A DNA stretch of 64,000 nt from Acidimicrobiales bacterium (GCA_965116865.1 OZ220727.1:1156798-1220797), one strand, 5' to 3'. Counted from the stretch's first letter, positions 32,155-40,640 are shown. Made by a program: numbers and translations. Notes: a model not told the origin generated them from the sequence alone.

Positions 32155-34188
32155 TCAGGCGACTGCGAAGAGCCGGTTCCCGGCGGCGGGTCGGTGGTGT
32201 CCGCTTGTCGGCGGCGGCGCCGGCGGCGGGTCGGGTGCGTGTGCTGGTCCGTGGCGGGTCTGTTCGGGTGGGTGCAGGGTGTGGTTGCCGTCGGGGTTTT
32301 TGCGGATGCGCCAGTTGTGGTGGTGGATCTTCTGGTGGCAGTCCCAGCAGACGGGGGTCATGTTGTCGAGTTTGGTGGATCCGCCCTGAGCGACGGGTTT
32401 GATGTGGTGGATCTGGCACAGCGCGGGGTGCGCCGCGCAGTGGAAGCATCCGCCGTGGCGGGCCAGCAAGATCTGGCGCTGGGACTCGGTGGCGGTGCGG
32501 ACCGAGTGCGTCCGCCAGATCGGCTTGCCGTCGCGGTCGTACACCAGGCCGGTCAGTCTGGCGTTGCACGAGAGCTCCTCCAGCACAGCCCGCGGCAGCC
32601 GGGTGCCGTCGGGCAACTCCGCGACGAGCCTGCCAGTGGCACCGTCGACATGGGCGACCACACAGATGTCCGCTATCGGCCGGCCACCACCCCCGACACT
32701 GCGGCCGGAGCCGTCTGCTCGGCTGTTGCCGGGACCGTCTGCTCGGCCGCTGGTGTCGTTGTTGCGGGAGCCGCCTGCTCGGCCGCTGTCGTTGTTGCGG
32801 GAGCCGCTGTCGTTGTTGCGGGAGCCGCCTGCTCGGCCGCTGTCGTTGTTGCGGGAGCCGCTGTCGTTGTTGCGGGAGCCGCCTGCTCGGCCGCTGGTGT
32901 CGTTGTTGCGGGAGCCGCCTGCTCGGCCGCTGTCGTTGTTGCGGGAGCCGCTGTCGTTGTTGCGGGAGCCGCCTGCTCGGCCGCTGGTGTCGTTGTTGCG
33001 GGAGCCGCTGTCGTTGTTGCGGGAGCCGCCTGCTCGGCCGCTGTCGTTGTTGCGGGAGCCGCTGTCGTTGTTGCGGGAGCCGCCTGCTCGGCCGCTGGTG
33101 TCGTTGTTGCGGGAGCCGCCTGCTCGGCCGCTGTCGTTGTTGCGGGAGCCGCTGTCGTTGTTGCGGGAGCCGCCTGCTCGGCCGCTGGTGTCGTTGTTGC
33201 GGGAGCCGCCTGCTCGGCCGCTGTCGTTGTTGCGGGAGCCGCTGTCGTTGTTGCGGGAGCCGCCTGCTCGGCCGCTGGTGTCGTTGTTGCGGGAGCCGCT
33301 GTCGTTGTTGCGGGAGCCGCCTGCTCGGCCGCTGGTGTCGTTGTTGCGGGAGCCGCCTGCTCGGCCGCTGGTGTCGTTGTTGCGGGAGCCGCTGTCGTTG
33401 TTGCGGGAGCCGTTGTTGTGGGGTTTGTCTGTTGGGGTGTTGGTGGTGGTGAGGGCGTCGAGGGCGTCGGCCATGCATTGACCGAAATTGCGGCGGCCGG
33501 TTCCGTCGGCGGGGGCTTTCTTGTCGGCGCTGTGCATGCGAGCGGCTTGCGAGCGCAGCCGGTTGGCGACGCGTCTGCCGGTCACCGGGTCGAGCTCGCC
33601 GCGGAGATGGACCATCCCGTCGTCGCCGTCCCAGACACGAACACAGCGCCGCGCCCGCGAACGGCGATGCTGGGACTCCCCGTCGTCGCCGTCGCGGTCG
33701 ACCACCCACCGGCGAGCCTCTCGGGCGAACTGCTCGGGACGCATCGACACAGCCTTCGCCAACAGCTCCCCGTCGCCGTCGACAGCGCTGGCGCCGGCCG
33801 TCTCGGAAGCTTCGGCCAGCCGCCGCGCGTTCGCCGCGGACACCCGCCCCGACTCGACCGCATCACGCGCCGCGGGCGCCTCCCGCAACGCCTCGGCCGT
33901 CTTTAGGTGGCTGCGGGCCTCGCGCCGCGACAACCCGGCCGAACCCGCCAGCACCTCAGCGCCGCCGTCGCCGTGACGCTCACGGCCCGCCACCGCCGCC
34001 GCAGCCGACACCTGCGCAGCCGACAGCGCCGCCATCGCCGACCTCGACACCGCCAGCATCTCACGCAACTCCGAACACGACGCCGCGCCCGCGCCCACCA
34101 GCTCCAGCATCTCGGAGGCAGCGGCCTCGGCCCGACGAGCAGCTTCGATCAACATGCACACAGCATCCCACAGGGCTATGACATCCAC
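32155..34188 (-). CDS. DUF222/HNH endonuclease (REP13E12-type) with about 230-aa internal tandem-repeat expansion
   Basis: The N-terminal region resembles the mycobacterial 13E12 repeat family. The C-terminal HNH segment is CFHCAAHPALCQIHHIKPVAQGGSTKLDNMTPVCWDCHQKIHH. The middle is (GSRNNDSGSRNNDTSGRAGG)n. Confidence 0.8.
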   Translation of the reverse strand: MDVIALWDAVCMLIEAARRAEAAASEMLELVGAGAASCSELREMLAVSRSAMAALSAAQVSAAAAVAGRERHGDGGAEVLAGSAGLSRREARSHLKTAEALREAPAARDAVESGRVSAANARRLAEASETAGASAVDGDGELLAKAVSMRPEQFAREARRWVVDRDGDDGESQHRRSRARRCVRVWDGDDGMVHLRGELDPVTGRRVANRLRSQAARMHSADKKAPADGTGRRNFGQCMADALDALTTTNTPTDKPHNNGSRNNDSGSRNNDTSGRAGGSRNNDTSGRAGGSRNNDSGSRNNDTSGRAGGSRNNDSGSRNNDSGRAGGSRNNDTSGRAGGSRNNDSGSRNNDSGRAGGSRNNDTSGRAGGSRNNDSGSRNNDSGRAGGSRNNDSGSRNNDTSGRAGGSRNNDSGSRNNDSGRAGGSRNNDTSGRAGGSRNNDSGSRNNDSGRAGGSRNNDSGSRNNDSGRAGGSRNNDTSGRADGPGNSRADGSGRSVGGGGRPIADICVVAHVDGATGRLVAELPDGTRLPRAVLEELSCNARLTGLVYDRDGKPIWRTHSVRTATESQRQILLARHGGCFHCAAHPALCQIHHIKPVAQGGSTKLDNMTPVCWDCHQKIHHHNWRIRKNPDGNHTLHPPEQTRHGPAHAPDPPPAPPPTSGHHRPAAGNRLFAVA
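32710..33412. repeat. coding compound tandem repeat (21- and 39-bp sub-units)
   Basis: Alternating gccgctgtcgttgttgcgggagcc and gcctgctcggccgctggtgtcgttgttgcgggagcc blocks span about 700 bp. Confidence 0.9.
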
Positions 34189-34595
34189 CCCCCACAGCCC
34201 CCATCCTCACGCATTTCTCGATACTCCTCCACGCGAAAACTCCCACCAACCACACGATCCCGCGGATCCAGCGCCGCCGTCGCCGTGACGCTCACGGCCC
34301 GCCACCGCCGCCGCAGCCGACACCTGCGCAGCCGACAGCGCCGCCATCGCCGACCTCGACACCACCAACATCTCACGCAACTCCGAACACGACGCCGCGC
34401 CCGCGCCCACCAGCTCCAGCATCTCGGAGGCAGCGGCCTCGGCCCGACGAGCGGCTTCGATCAACATGCACACAGCATCCCACAGGGGTATGACATCCAC
34501 CCCCCACAGCCCCCATCCTCACGCATTTCTCGATACTCCTCCACGCGGAACTCCCACCAACCACGCGATCCCGCGGATCTAGCGCCGCCGTCGGT
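33957..34595. repeat. 311/312-bp tandem duplication covering the 5' end and upstream region of the HNH gene
   Basis: The segment cagcgccgccgtcgccgtgacgctcacgg starts at 33957 and 34269, with a third partial start at 34580. By eye the copies are about 97% identical. Confidence 0.9.
34207..34500 (-). pseudogene. duplicated N-terminal fragment of the DUF222/HNH gene
   Basis: MDVIPLWDAVCMLIEAARRAEAAASEMLELVGAGAASCSELREMLVVSRSAMAALSAAQVSAAAAVAGRERHGDGG is nearly identical to residues 1-76 of the 32155..34188 product. It then diverges and stops. Confidence 0.8.
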
Positions 34596-34662
34596 TGTCG
34601 TGGTCATCTTCGACGACCTCGTCGAGGCCATCCATGCGGTTCCGCGGATCTAGCGCCGCCGC
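34571..34662. repeat. X-Y-X junction repeat, period 71 bp
   Basis: The segment ccgcggatctagcgccgccg occurs at 34571 and 34642. Confidence 0.75.
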
Positions 34663-34719
34663 CGTTGCCGTGTCCGTCGGTTCGGGGCCCCGGGCTGTTG
34701 CCGCGCGCCGACCGGTTGG

Positions 34720-35121
34720 ATGGACGTGACCCGCTTCGGGCGCTGCGCGGCTGCGCCGAACTGCTCTGCTGTCATCGACCCGGCGCCGCGCGGATGGATC
34801 GTCGCGCTGGTGTCGGCCGAGGAGACCGCCGCCCAGACAGCGTTCTGCGACGCCTTCGAAGCCGAGGACCTCGTCGGCGCCGTCGAGGGCCGCCCCGGCG
34901 CCGGCGAACTTCCCGGCAGCGACGAGATCCCCGTCTTGTCGGCGGTCTCCGACAACGGCGCGCCCGCGACCGTCGACGCCGCCGAGGCGTTCATGGCGCT
35001 GTGCTCGACCGTGCAGCACCCCGACCGGCCCGACACTCCCACCGACCAGGTGCCGCAGCGGCGCGTGCAGAGAACGTTGGACGCCCCAACGCCGGGAATG
35101 GCCGGTGCTTCGCACTCATAG
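34720..35121 (+). pseudogene. integrase-core (rve) transposase fragment
   Basis: SAVIDPAPRGWIVALVSAEETAAQTAFCDAFEAE ... VLSAVSDNGAPATVDAAEAFMALCSTVQHPDRPDTPTDQ follows the rve-domain pattern (viD..sR.ivgw ... hSDNG ... P.dN). It lacks both N- and C-terminal parts. Confidence 0.5.
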
Positions 35122-35742
35122 TGTTGGTGGTGTCTTCGATGGGTGCGGGTCTGACTCGGTGCTTCGCTGGCTTCGTGTCTTGCAAACGATCTGTCGGCTG
35201 GTGCCCGTCGGGGACGCGCGCCAGCCGGTCGGAGGGAATGTGACCTGATAGGAGCCTCGGTTCGAGCGCCTTGAGTGTATTGTCGGTTGTTCCGGCCGGT
35301 GGTGCCCAGCCAGCTGGAAGTGGTCCAAAGGAAGGGCAGACCGATTGTGCCAGATGTACAACGAATCGTCATGGGTGGGGTGGACACCCACCGTGACGAG
35401 CGCACGGTAGGTGTCCATCGATTTGGCGGGGCGGCTGCTGGGCACGGCCTCGTTCGCGGTGACACGGGAAGGCTATGGGCAGCTACTGGGGTGGTTGCGC
35501 AGTCTCGGCGGGGTGGAGTGTGTCGGAGCAGAGGGCACCAGCAGCTACGGCGCGGGCCTGGCGCGTCGTCTCGCAGCGGAGGGCGTGAGCGTGGTCGAGG
35601 TGCTGCGCCCCAAGCGCGGGGCGCGCCGCGGGGACAAGTCGGATCCCGCGGATACCGAGGCGGCCGCGCGGGCTGTGCTGTCAGGAGAGGCCACAGCCCG
35701 CCCGAAGTCCGCTGACGGCCCGGTGGAGGCGATCCGGGTGCT

Positions 35743-35850
35743 GCGCGCCGCGCGGCGCTCCGCGGTCAAGGCCCGCACCCGAATCGCTGCTGCCTGCCTC
35801 GCTCACGGCTCACGCGCGCCGCGCGGCGCTCCGCGGTCAAGGCCCGCACC
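35743..35850. repeat. X-Y-X repeat, period 71 bp, disrupting the IS110 transposase frame
   Basis: The segment gcgcgccgcgcggcgctccgcggtcaaggcccgcacc occurs at 35743-35779 and 35814-35850. Confidence 0.9.
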
Positions 35851-36218
35851 GCCGCCGTCAACCAGATCAAAGCGCTGTTGGTGACCGCCCCCGAGCAGAT
35901 CGCCGCCCCGCTGCGGGGCCTTCGCACCGCCGCTTTGGTCGGTGCCTGTGCTCGACTGCGGCCCGATACCGCCGGCGGCGAGGCTGCCGGCGCGGCGAAG
36001 AGGACCATGCGCGGCCTGGCGCGACGGCACCGGGCGCTCAGCGGCGAGATAGACGAGCTCGACGCTGAGATCGCCCGCCTGTGCATGCAGGCGAATCCCG
36101 CTTTGATGGCCGCGCCCGGCGTCGGCGCGCAGACTGCCGCCGCGCTGCTCGTCGCCGCTGGCGACAACCCGCGGCGCCTGCACAGCGAGGCGTCCCTCGC
36201 GGCGCTCTGCGGAGCCGG

Positions 36219-36306
36219 CCCCATCGAGGCGTCCTCGGGGCGCACAATGGCTGTCCTCGTGGGCCGCGACAGCCAGTCGCCCCATCGAGGCGTCCTCGGG
36301 GCGCAC
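36219..36306. repeat. X-Y-X repeat, period 61 bp, disrupting the IS110 transposase frame
   Basis: The segment ccccatcgaggcgtcctcggggcgcac occurs at 36219-36245 and 36280-36306. Confidence 0.9.
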
Positions 36307-36454
36307 CGTGCGCCACCGCCTCAACCGCGGCGGCGACCGAGCAGCCAAACTCAGGACATTAGAGACCGAGCGCTTTGCGCAGTACCTCGTCGATGGCGCG
36401 GCGGCGTCGCAGCCGCCGGACCTGGCCCCTGATCCGCACCGATAGACCGTCTCG

Positions 36455-36703
36455 ATGTCCAAGGGCGCCTGCTGCGAGGCCGACGGACCACCGCCAGAGA
36501 ACGAGATACCGGTAGCCGACTACTTCCTGCAGTGCGCTGTCGAGGACGGCGAGAGCGAACAGCACATCGCCGAGCGCGTCGCGGCCGCCCTCTCGAACGG
36601 CACATCATGGAAGCGAGTCGCCGAGATCCTCGGGGTGTCAGTCGGCGAGGCCGAACGGCGCTTCGCTCACCTCCGGGCCAGCACATCGCCCGAACAGTCG
36701 TAG
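36455..36703 (+). CDS. small hypothetical protein with possible helix-turn-helix
   Basis: 82-aa ORF. SWKRVAEILGVSVGEAERRF looks HTH-like. No Shine-Dalgarno sequence was seen. Confidence 0.3.
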   Translation: MSKGACCEADGPPPENEIPVADYFLQCAVEDGESEQHIAERVAAALSNGTSWKRVAEILGVSVGEAERRFAHLRASTSPEQS

Positions 36704-36765
36704 AAGCTCCAACAGCGGGCGAGAGTCGCCGTCGGCGGACCACCACTGCCGCAGTTCACGAACAG

Positions 36766-37026
36766 TACCGGCCGAGGCTAGTCAGGGGACCTCCGTCGAC
36801 AGCGTCGTGGTGTTCCCATACGGTGCCGAGTTCGAGGCACCGGCCGAAGCTGGTCAGAGGACCTCCGTCGACAGCGTCGTGGTGTTCCCATACGGTGCCG
36901 AGTTCGAGGCACCGGCCGAAGCTGGTCAGAGGACCTCCGTCGACAGCGTCGTGGTGTTCCCATACGGTGCCGAGTTCGAGGCACCGGCCGAAGCTGGTCA
37001 GGGGACCTCCGTCGACAGCGTCGTGC
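36766..37026. repeat. 72-bp tandem array (3.6 copies)
   Basis: The segment gacctccgtcgacagcgtcgtg starts at 36788, 36860, 36932 and 37004. Confidence 0.95.
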
Positions 37027-38392
37027 TGGAGCTGGCCGACCCGCTCGGCCCGTGGGGCACCCGCCGGGCGGTCAATTGGCGGGCGGCACCCGGCTGGTAG
37101 CGTTCGCTGCGGGGACGGGCGTTGTAGTTCTCCATCCATTCCTGCACGTCGGCGTCGTTGTCGAAGTCGACGCCGTCGGCGATCATGTCGGTGACGATGT
37201 TGGTGGTGGCCGACCTCTTGGCCGGGTCCGCCGCGTTGGCCCTCATATCGCCGAACGCCCCTCGGGCCGCCTCGAGGTTCTCCTGCAACCGGTCCTGCGC
37301 GAGGCCCCGTTGCTGCGCCGCGAAGCGCAGCCATTGCGGGAACACCGACTCGACGACGTCGTGCCACCCCTCGTCGCACACCGACTTGGCCGGTATCCAC
37401 ACACTCACGAACTCCACAACCCTTCGCGGGCTCCAGCACAGCACATCACCGTCCCACCATGCTTCAGAGAACCGGCAGGCCGCCGCGAGCACCGTGTCGG
37501 CGTCGGAGGCGTCCCGCTCGTCGACCACGGCGCGGAACTCCCCGCGGAGGTCGTCGATCTCCTCGTCGGTCAGCCATCGGGGCCCGTGCTCCTCACCACA
37601 TGCCGGCAGCAGCCCGATCCGATGCTCCAACAGCGCCCTCAGCTTCTCGTCCATCATTTCGTCGTCACCGCCGTTGTCGCCGCCGTTGTCGCCGCCATGG
37701 CGGAGCGCCGCTGCGACGTCCTGCACCTCCAGAGCGGCCTCGACGATCACCCGAGCGTCACCCAGGCTGATCTCCTCCACTACCGCGTCGGGCCACTGCT
37801 TGAATTCTGCGGCCACCGTCTCAACCGCCGGGCCGTAGGCGAGACTGCTCGCGCCCTTGCCTGCCGTCGCGTGGACTGCGACGCCCATCCCCCGCACCGC
37901 GCCGTCGGGGCGCTGGAAGTCGATCCACACCGCTCGCTCGTCTCCCCATGGGTCGGTGAGCAGCACCGAGCGGCGCGGCACGACATCGCCGAGCGCCGCA
38001 GCCCAGCCAGGCGGCGGCTCACCGTCACCGGCCAACTGCTCCAACAGGTCATGCGCCTGGGCCCGGCATCCGGGCGGCCCGTACACCCCCATCGCCGCGG
38101 CCACCGCCCCGGCCGCGGCACGGTCGTCGCAGACCTCCGCCGCGGCCAGCACCCTCGGCGCAGCCATCGCGGGATCGCACGCGTAGACGAAGGGACGGAA
38201 CAGCGCCTGTATCGACGACGCCCAATACTCCGCCACGTCGAGGTCGGTGAGGACTGCGGCGTCGGCGGCGTCCGTCAACAGCACCTGTTCCAGCTGCGGT
38301 TCCGGGCCCGCAGCCGCCCTGAGGCGATCGCCGGGCCTGGTCCCTTTCGGCGTGACGCGACCGCCCCCGCAGCGGCGCTTCGGTCGTGGCAT
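36998..38392 (-). CDS. hypothetical protein (Arg/Lys-rich N-terminus MPRPKRRCGGGRVTPKGTRPG)
   Basis: Long ORF with coding-like composition. The preferred start is ATG 38392. The last roughly 20 codons are antisense read-through of the coxL-like fragment and repeat. Confidence 0.6.
   Translation of the reverse strand: MPRPKRRCGGGRVTPKGTRPGDRLRAAAGPEPQLEQVLLTDAADAAVLTDLDVAEYWASSIQALFRPFVYACDPAMAAPRVLAAAEVCDDRAAAGAVAAAMGVYGPPGCRAQAHDLLEQLAGDGEPPPGWAAALGDVVPRRSVLLTDPWGDERAVWIDFQRPDGAVRGMGVAVHATAGKGASSLAYGPAVETVAAEFKQWPDAVVEEISLGDARVIVEAALEVQDVAAALRHGGDNGGDNGGDDEMMDEKLRALLEHRIGLLPACGEEHGPRWLTDEEIDDLRGEFRAVVDERDASDADTVLAAACRFSEAWWDGDVLCWSPRRVVEFVSVWIPAKSVCDEGWHDVVESVFPQWLRFAAQQRGLAQDRLQENLEAARGAFGDMRANAADPAKRSATTNIVTDMIADGVDFDNDADVQEWMENYNARPRSERYQPGAARQLTARRVPHGPSGSASSSTTLSTEVP
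37007..37068 (+). other. 62-bp ectopic copy of an internal coxL segment
   Basis: This segment matches coxL 31604-31665 at about 58 of 62 positions in the same orientation. The matching peptide is TVDSVVLELADPLGPWGARG. Confidence 0.85.
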
Positions 38393-38467
38393 GTGCGGCC
38401 CCCTTGTTCTCTCCGGCACGGAACCGATCTGGGCATCGTCGCGCACCGACCGGATCCGTCTCTTCTA

Positions 38468-38819
38468 GCCGCGGCCGACGCACAACTGGGCGATCCCCCG
38501 CCGACCCAGCGTCGAGGCACCGACCACCCTCGGAATCCTCCTCAAGCCGCGGCCGACACACAACTGGGCGATCCCCCGCCGACCCAGCGTCGAGGCACCG
38601 ACCACCCTCGGAATCCTCCTCAAGCCGCGGCCGACACACAACTGGGCGATCCCCCGCCGACCCAGCGTCGAGGCACCGACCACCCTCGGAATCCTCCTCA
38701 AGCCGCGGCCGACACACAACTGGGCGATCCCCCGCCGACCCAGCGTCGAGGCACCGACCACCCTCGGAATCCTCCTCAAGCCGCGGCCGACACACAACTG
38801 GGCGATCCCCCGCCGACCC
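38468..38819. repeat. 78-bp tandem array (4.5 copies) in a divergent intergenic region
   Basis: The segment gccgcggccgac starts at 38468, 38546, 38624, 38702 and 38780. Confidence 0.95.
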
Positions 38820-38981
38820 GGCAGTCAGCCGAGGTTCTGACCGTCGATGAGAACTGTCGGGCGTCGAGGGTGCAGTGATCATTCCCGCTCACCCCCGACC
38901 AGGCCATGGCCGGTTCCAGGGCCGTCTACCGGCGGCACGGCGCCTGAGAATTCGAGCCGTGAAGTAGATTCGAGACGGCAA

Positions 38982-39404
38982 GTGAGACTCAACACCGATT
39001 TCTTGAACCGCTGCGTGCGGACGCTGGCCGCGGCTCTCGACCGCCTCGATGACGTCGAGACCGGCGACGACGACTACGACATCTTCAGGGCGGCCTGCGT
39101 CAAGGAGTTCGAGATCATCCTGGAACAGTGCGGCAGCCTTCTCAGGAAACGCCTCCGGCCCTACTTCTCATCGAACCGCGAGGCCGACTCGCTCGCCTTC
39201 AAGGCCACGTTCCGCGAGGCCGCCCGGCACGGCCTGATCGCAGTGGAGGCGTGCGAGCGGTGGCTGGAGTACCGCGACTGCCGCAACGACACGTCCCACA
39301 AGCACGGCGAGGCGTTCGCGGAGGCCACGCTGGCGGTGCTTCCGGCGTTCGTGGCCGACGCCCGCCGGATCGCCGCCGTCGTCGGGGAACCCTTCGATGA
39401 CTGA
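38982..39404 (+). CDS. HEPN-type nucleotidyltransferase substrate-binding protein (HI0074 family; HepT-like toxin)
   Basis: FRAACVKEFEIILEQCGSLLRK ... WLEYRDCRNDTSHKHGE carries the R-x4-H HEPN motif. The GTG 38982 start is in frame. Confidence 0.75.
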   Translation: MRLNTDFLNRCVRTLAAALDRLDDVETGDDDYDIFRAACVKEFEIILEQCGSLLRKRLRPYFSSNREADSLAFKATFREAARHGLIAVEACERWLEYRDCRNDTSHKHGEAFAEATLAVLPAFVADARRIAAVVGEPFDD

Positions 39405-39741
39405 CCGGCTGGATCTTCGCTGCCGCCACCGCCGACGGGTCGAGGCGCTGCTCGCGGCCCATGTGCCCGACACCGAAGTGTGGGCCTACGGCAGCCGTGT
39501 CAACGGCGGAGGCCACGAGGCAAGCGACTTGGACCTCGTGCTGCGCGGCCCTAACCTCGGCCCGATCCCCCGCGGGCGCATGGCCCGGCTCGATACCGCT
39601 CTCGAACAGTCCAACATTCCCATCGTGGTGCAGACCCTCGACTGGGCAAGGCTGCCGCAGAGCTTCCGCGACGAGATCGAGAAGCAGTACGTGGTCCTAC
39701 GCGCGGCGCCTCAGCCCAGCCCCGACCGACAGGCAGAATGA
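39397..39741 (+). CDS. minimal nucleotidyltransferase (MNT/HI0073-like antitoxin)
   Basis: AYGSRVNGGGHEASDLDLVL matches the GS..G..DxD motif. Its ATG overlaps the upstream stop. Confidence 0.8.
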   Translation: MTDRLDLRCRHRRRVEALLAAHVPDTEVWAYGSRVNGGGHEASDLDLVLRGPNLGPIPRGRMARLDTALEQSNIPIVVQTLDWARLPQSFRDEIEKQYVVLRAAPQPSPDRQAE

Positions 39742-40400
39742 GCCGCGGCGGCGAACTGCACCGCCAGAGGCTCGACACCGGAGCCTGCGACGTCGGCGAG
39801 CCGTCCGGGACCGACTATGCGGCCTTGACAACGCACCGCCAGAGGCTCACACCGGAGCCTGCGACGTCATCTGACAGCGTCGACGAGCAGCACCTCAGGA
39901 GTTCCCTCGCCGTCTGGCTCGTGCGCGTCCGCGACGGCGCCGACCCCGACCCGGTCGCCGCCACACGCTTCGCGGACGTGTCCGCCGACCATCCCCACGC
40001 CGCGTTCATAGAACGCTTCGCTCAACTCGAAGTCACCGAAGGCTGCCGCGACGGCACCCGCTACTGCCCCGACGACACCGTCACCCGTGCCCAGATGGCG
40101 AGCTTCCTGCACCGTGCCCGGACCCTGAAACTCCTCGAGCTCGACGACGCGCCCGCGCTGGAGGTGCTCCGAGCCGACCCGCACCTGGTGGGCACCTACC
40201 CGCCGCCGGTGGTCATAATGGCAGCGCCTCCCCGCGGTGTTCGACGCCGTGAGACGGGCCGTGGACGACGACCGCTCCCCGGGGCGGTTCCTCATCACCG
40301 GCTCAACCTCGCCCAAGCGGCCTCCGACCACCACTCTTCACGGCTGAGCCGATGCACGGCTTCGGCCACGACATCGAGCATGGTCGTGCCCCGCTGCTGA
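39738..40400 (+). pseudogene. composite remnant: SLH-like domain fragment followed by a fragment of a DUF4143-type AAA ATPase
   Basis: FADVSADHPHAAFIERFAQLEVTEGCRDGTRYCPDDTVTRAQMASFLHRA is SLH-like. In another frame at about 40240-40350, AVFDAVRRAVDDDRSPGRFLITGSTSP parallels residues of the 41708..43000 ATPase (GRPGQFILTGSAVP). Confidence 0.35.
39759..39868. repeat. X-Y-X repeat, period about 75 bp
   Basis: The segment caccgccagaggctcgacaccggagcctgcgacgtc occurs at 39759. The second copy at 39834 has a 1-nt deletion. Confidence 0.85.
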
Positions 40401-40468
40401 GCCAAGCGAGAAATCTCGTCCCTCAACTCGACGGGGACCCGCAACGCAGTAGTCTCAGAAAGCGCCAT
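40295..40468 (-). CDS. orphan ribbon-helix-helix (CopG/Arc-like) protein
   Basis: MALSETTALRVPVELRDEISRLAQQRGTTMLDVVAEAVHRLS has the typical RHH beta-alpha-alpha pattern, starting at ATG 40468. No partner toxin is adjacent. Confidence 0.5.
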   Translation of the reverse strand: MALSETTALRVPVELRDEISRLAQQRGTTMLDVVAEAVHRLSREEWWSEAAWARLSR

Positions 40469-40613
40469 ATTTGTAGCCCAACAAAGCAACTCCATGCACC
40501 CTAGTGCTGTGTCGTCGAAATGGCTAGGGCAGCGCAGCAGGACCGAGACCCTGCTTGGGAGCGCTCCGGACACCCCGATTATTTCAGCGACGGACCCCTA
40601 GCTGGTAGCAATT

Positions 40614-40640
40614 CTACTGCTACTATAGTAGTATTATAAT
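40614..40640. promoter_or_regulatory. AT-rich operator/promoter of mazEF
   Basis: CTACTG CTACTATAGTAG contains a perfect 12-bp palindrome at 40620-40631. TAGTAT and TATAAT hexamers lie just upstream of ATG 40642. There is no Shine-Dalgarno sequence. Confidence 0.5.

Larger units (their letters stand above)
35371..36350 (+). mobile_element. IS110-family transposase pseudogene (frameshifted, twice interrupted, 3'-truncated)
   Basis: The N-terminal MGGVDTHRDERTV switches frame near 35405 to SIDLAGRLLGTASFAVTREGYGQLLGWL...GAEGTSSYGAGLARRL (DEDD domain). The later segment PGVGAQTAAALLVAAGDNPRRLHSEASLAALCGAGPIEASSGRT..RHRLNRGGDRAA is the Transposase_20 domain. Insert-like duplications lie at 35743 and 36219. 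Confidence 0.75.

Noticed and set aside
36359-36565. 68-aa minus-strand ORF whose C-terminus (VRRLRRRRAIDEVLRKAL) resembles an IS110 transposase tail.
   Set aside because: The similarity is short and was judged from memory of the family consensus. It cannot be distinguished from chance without a profile search, so it is mentioned only as a low-confidence note.
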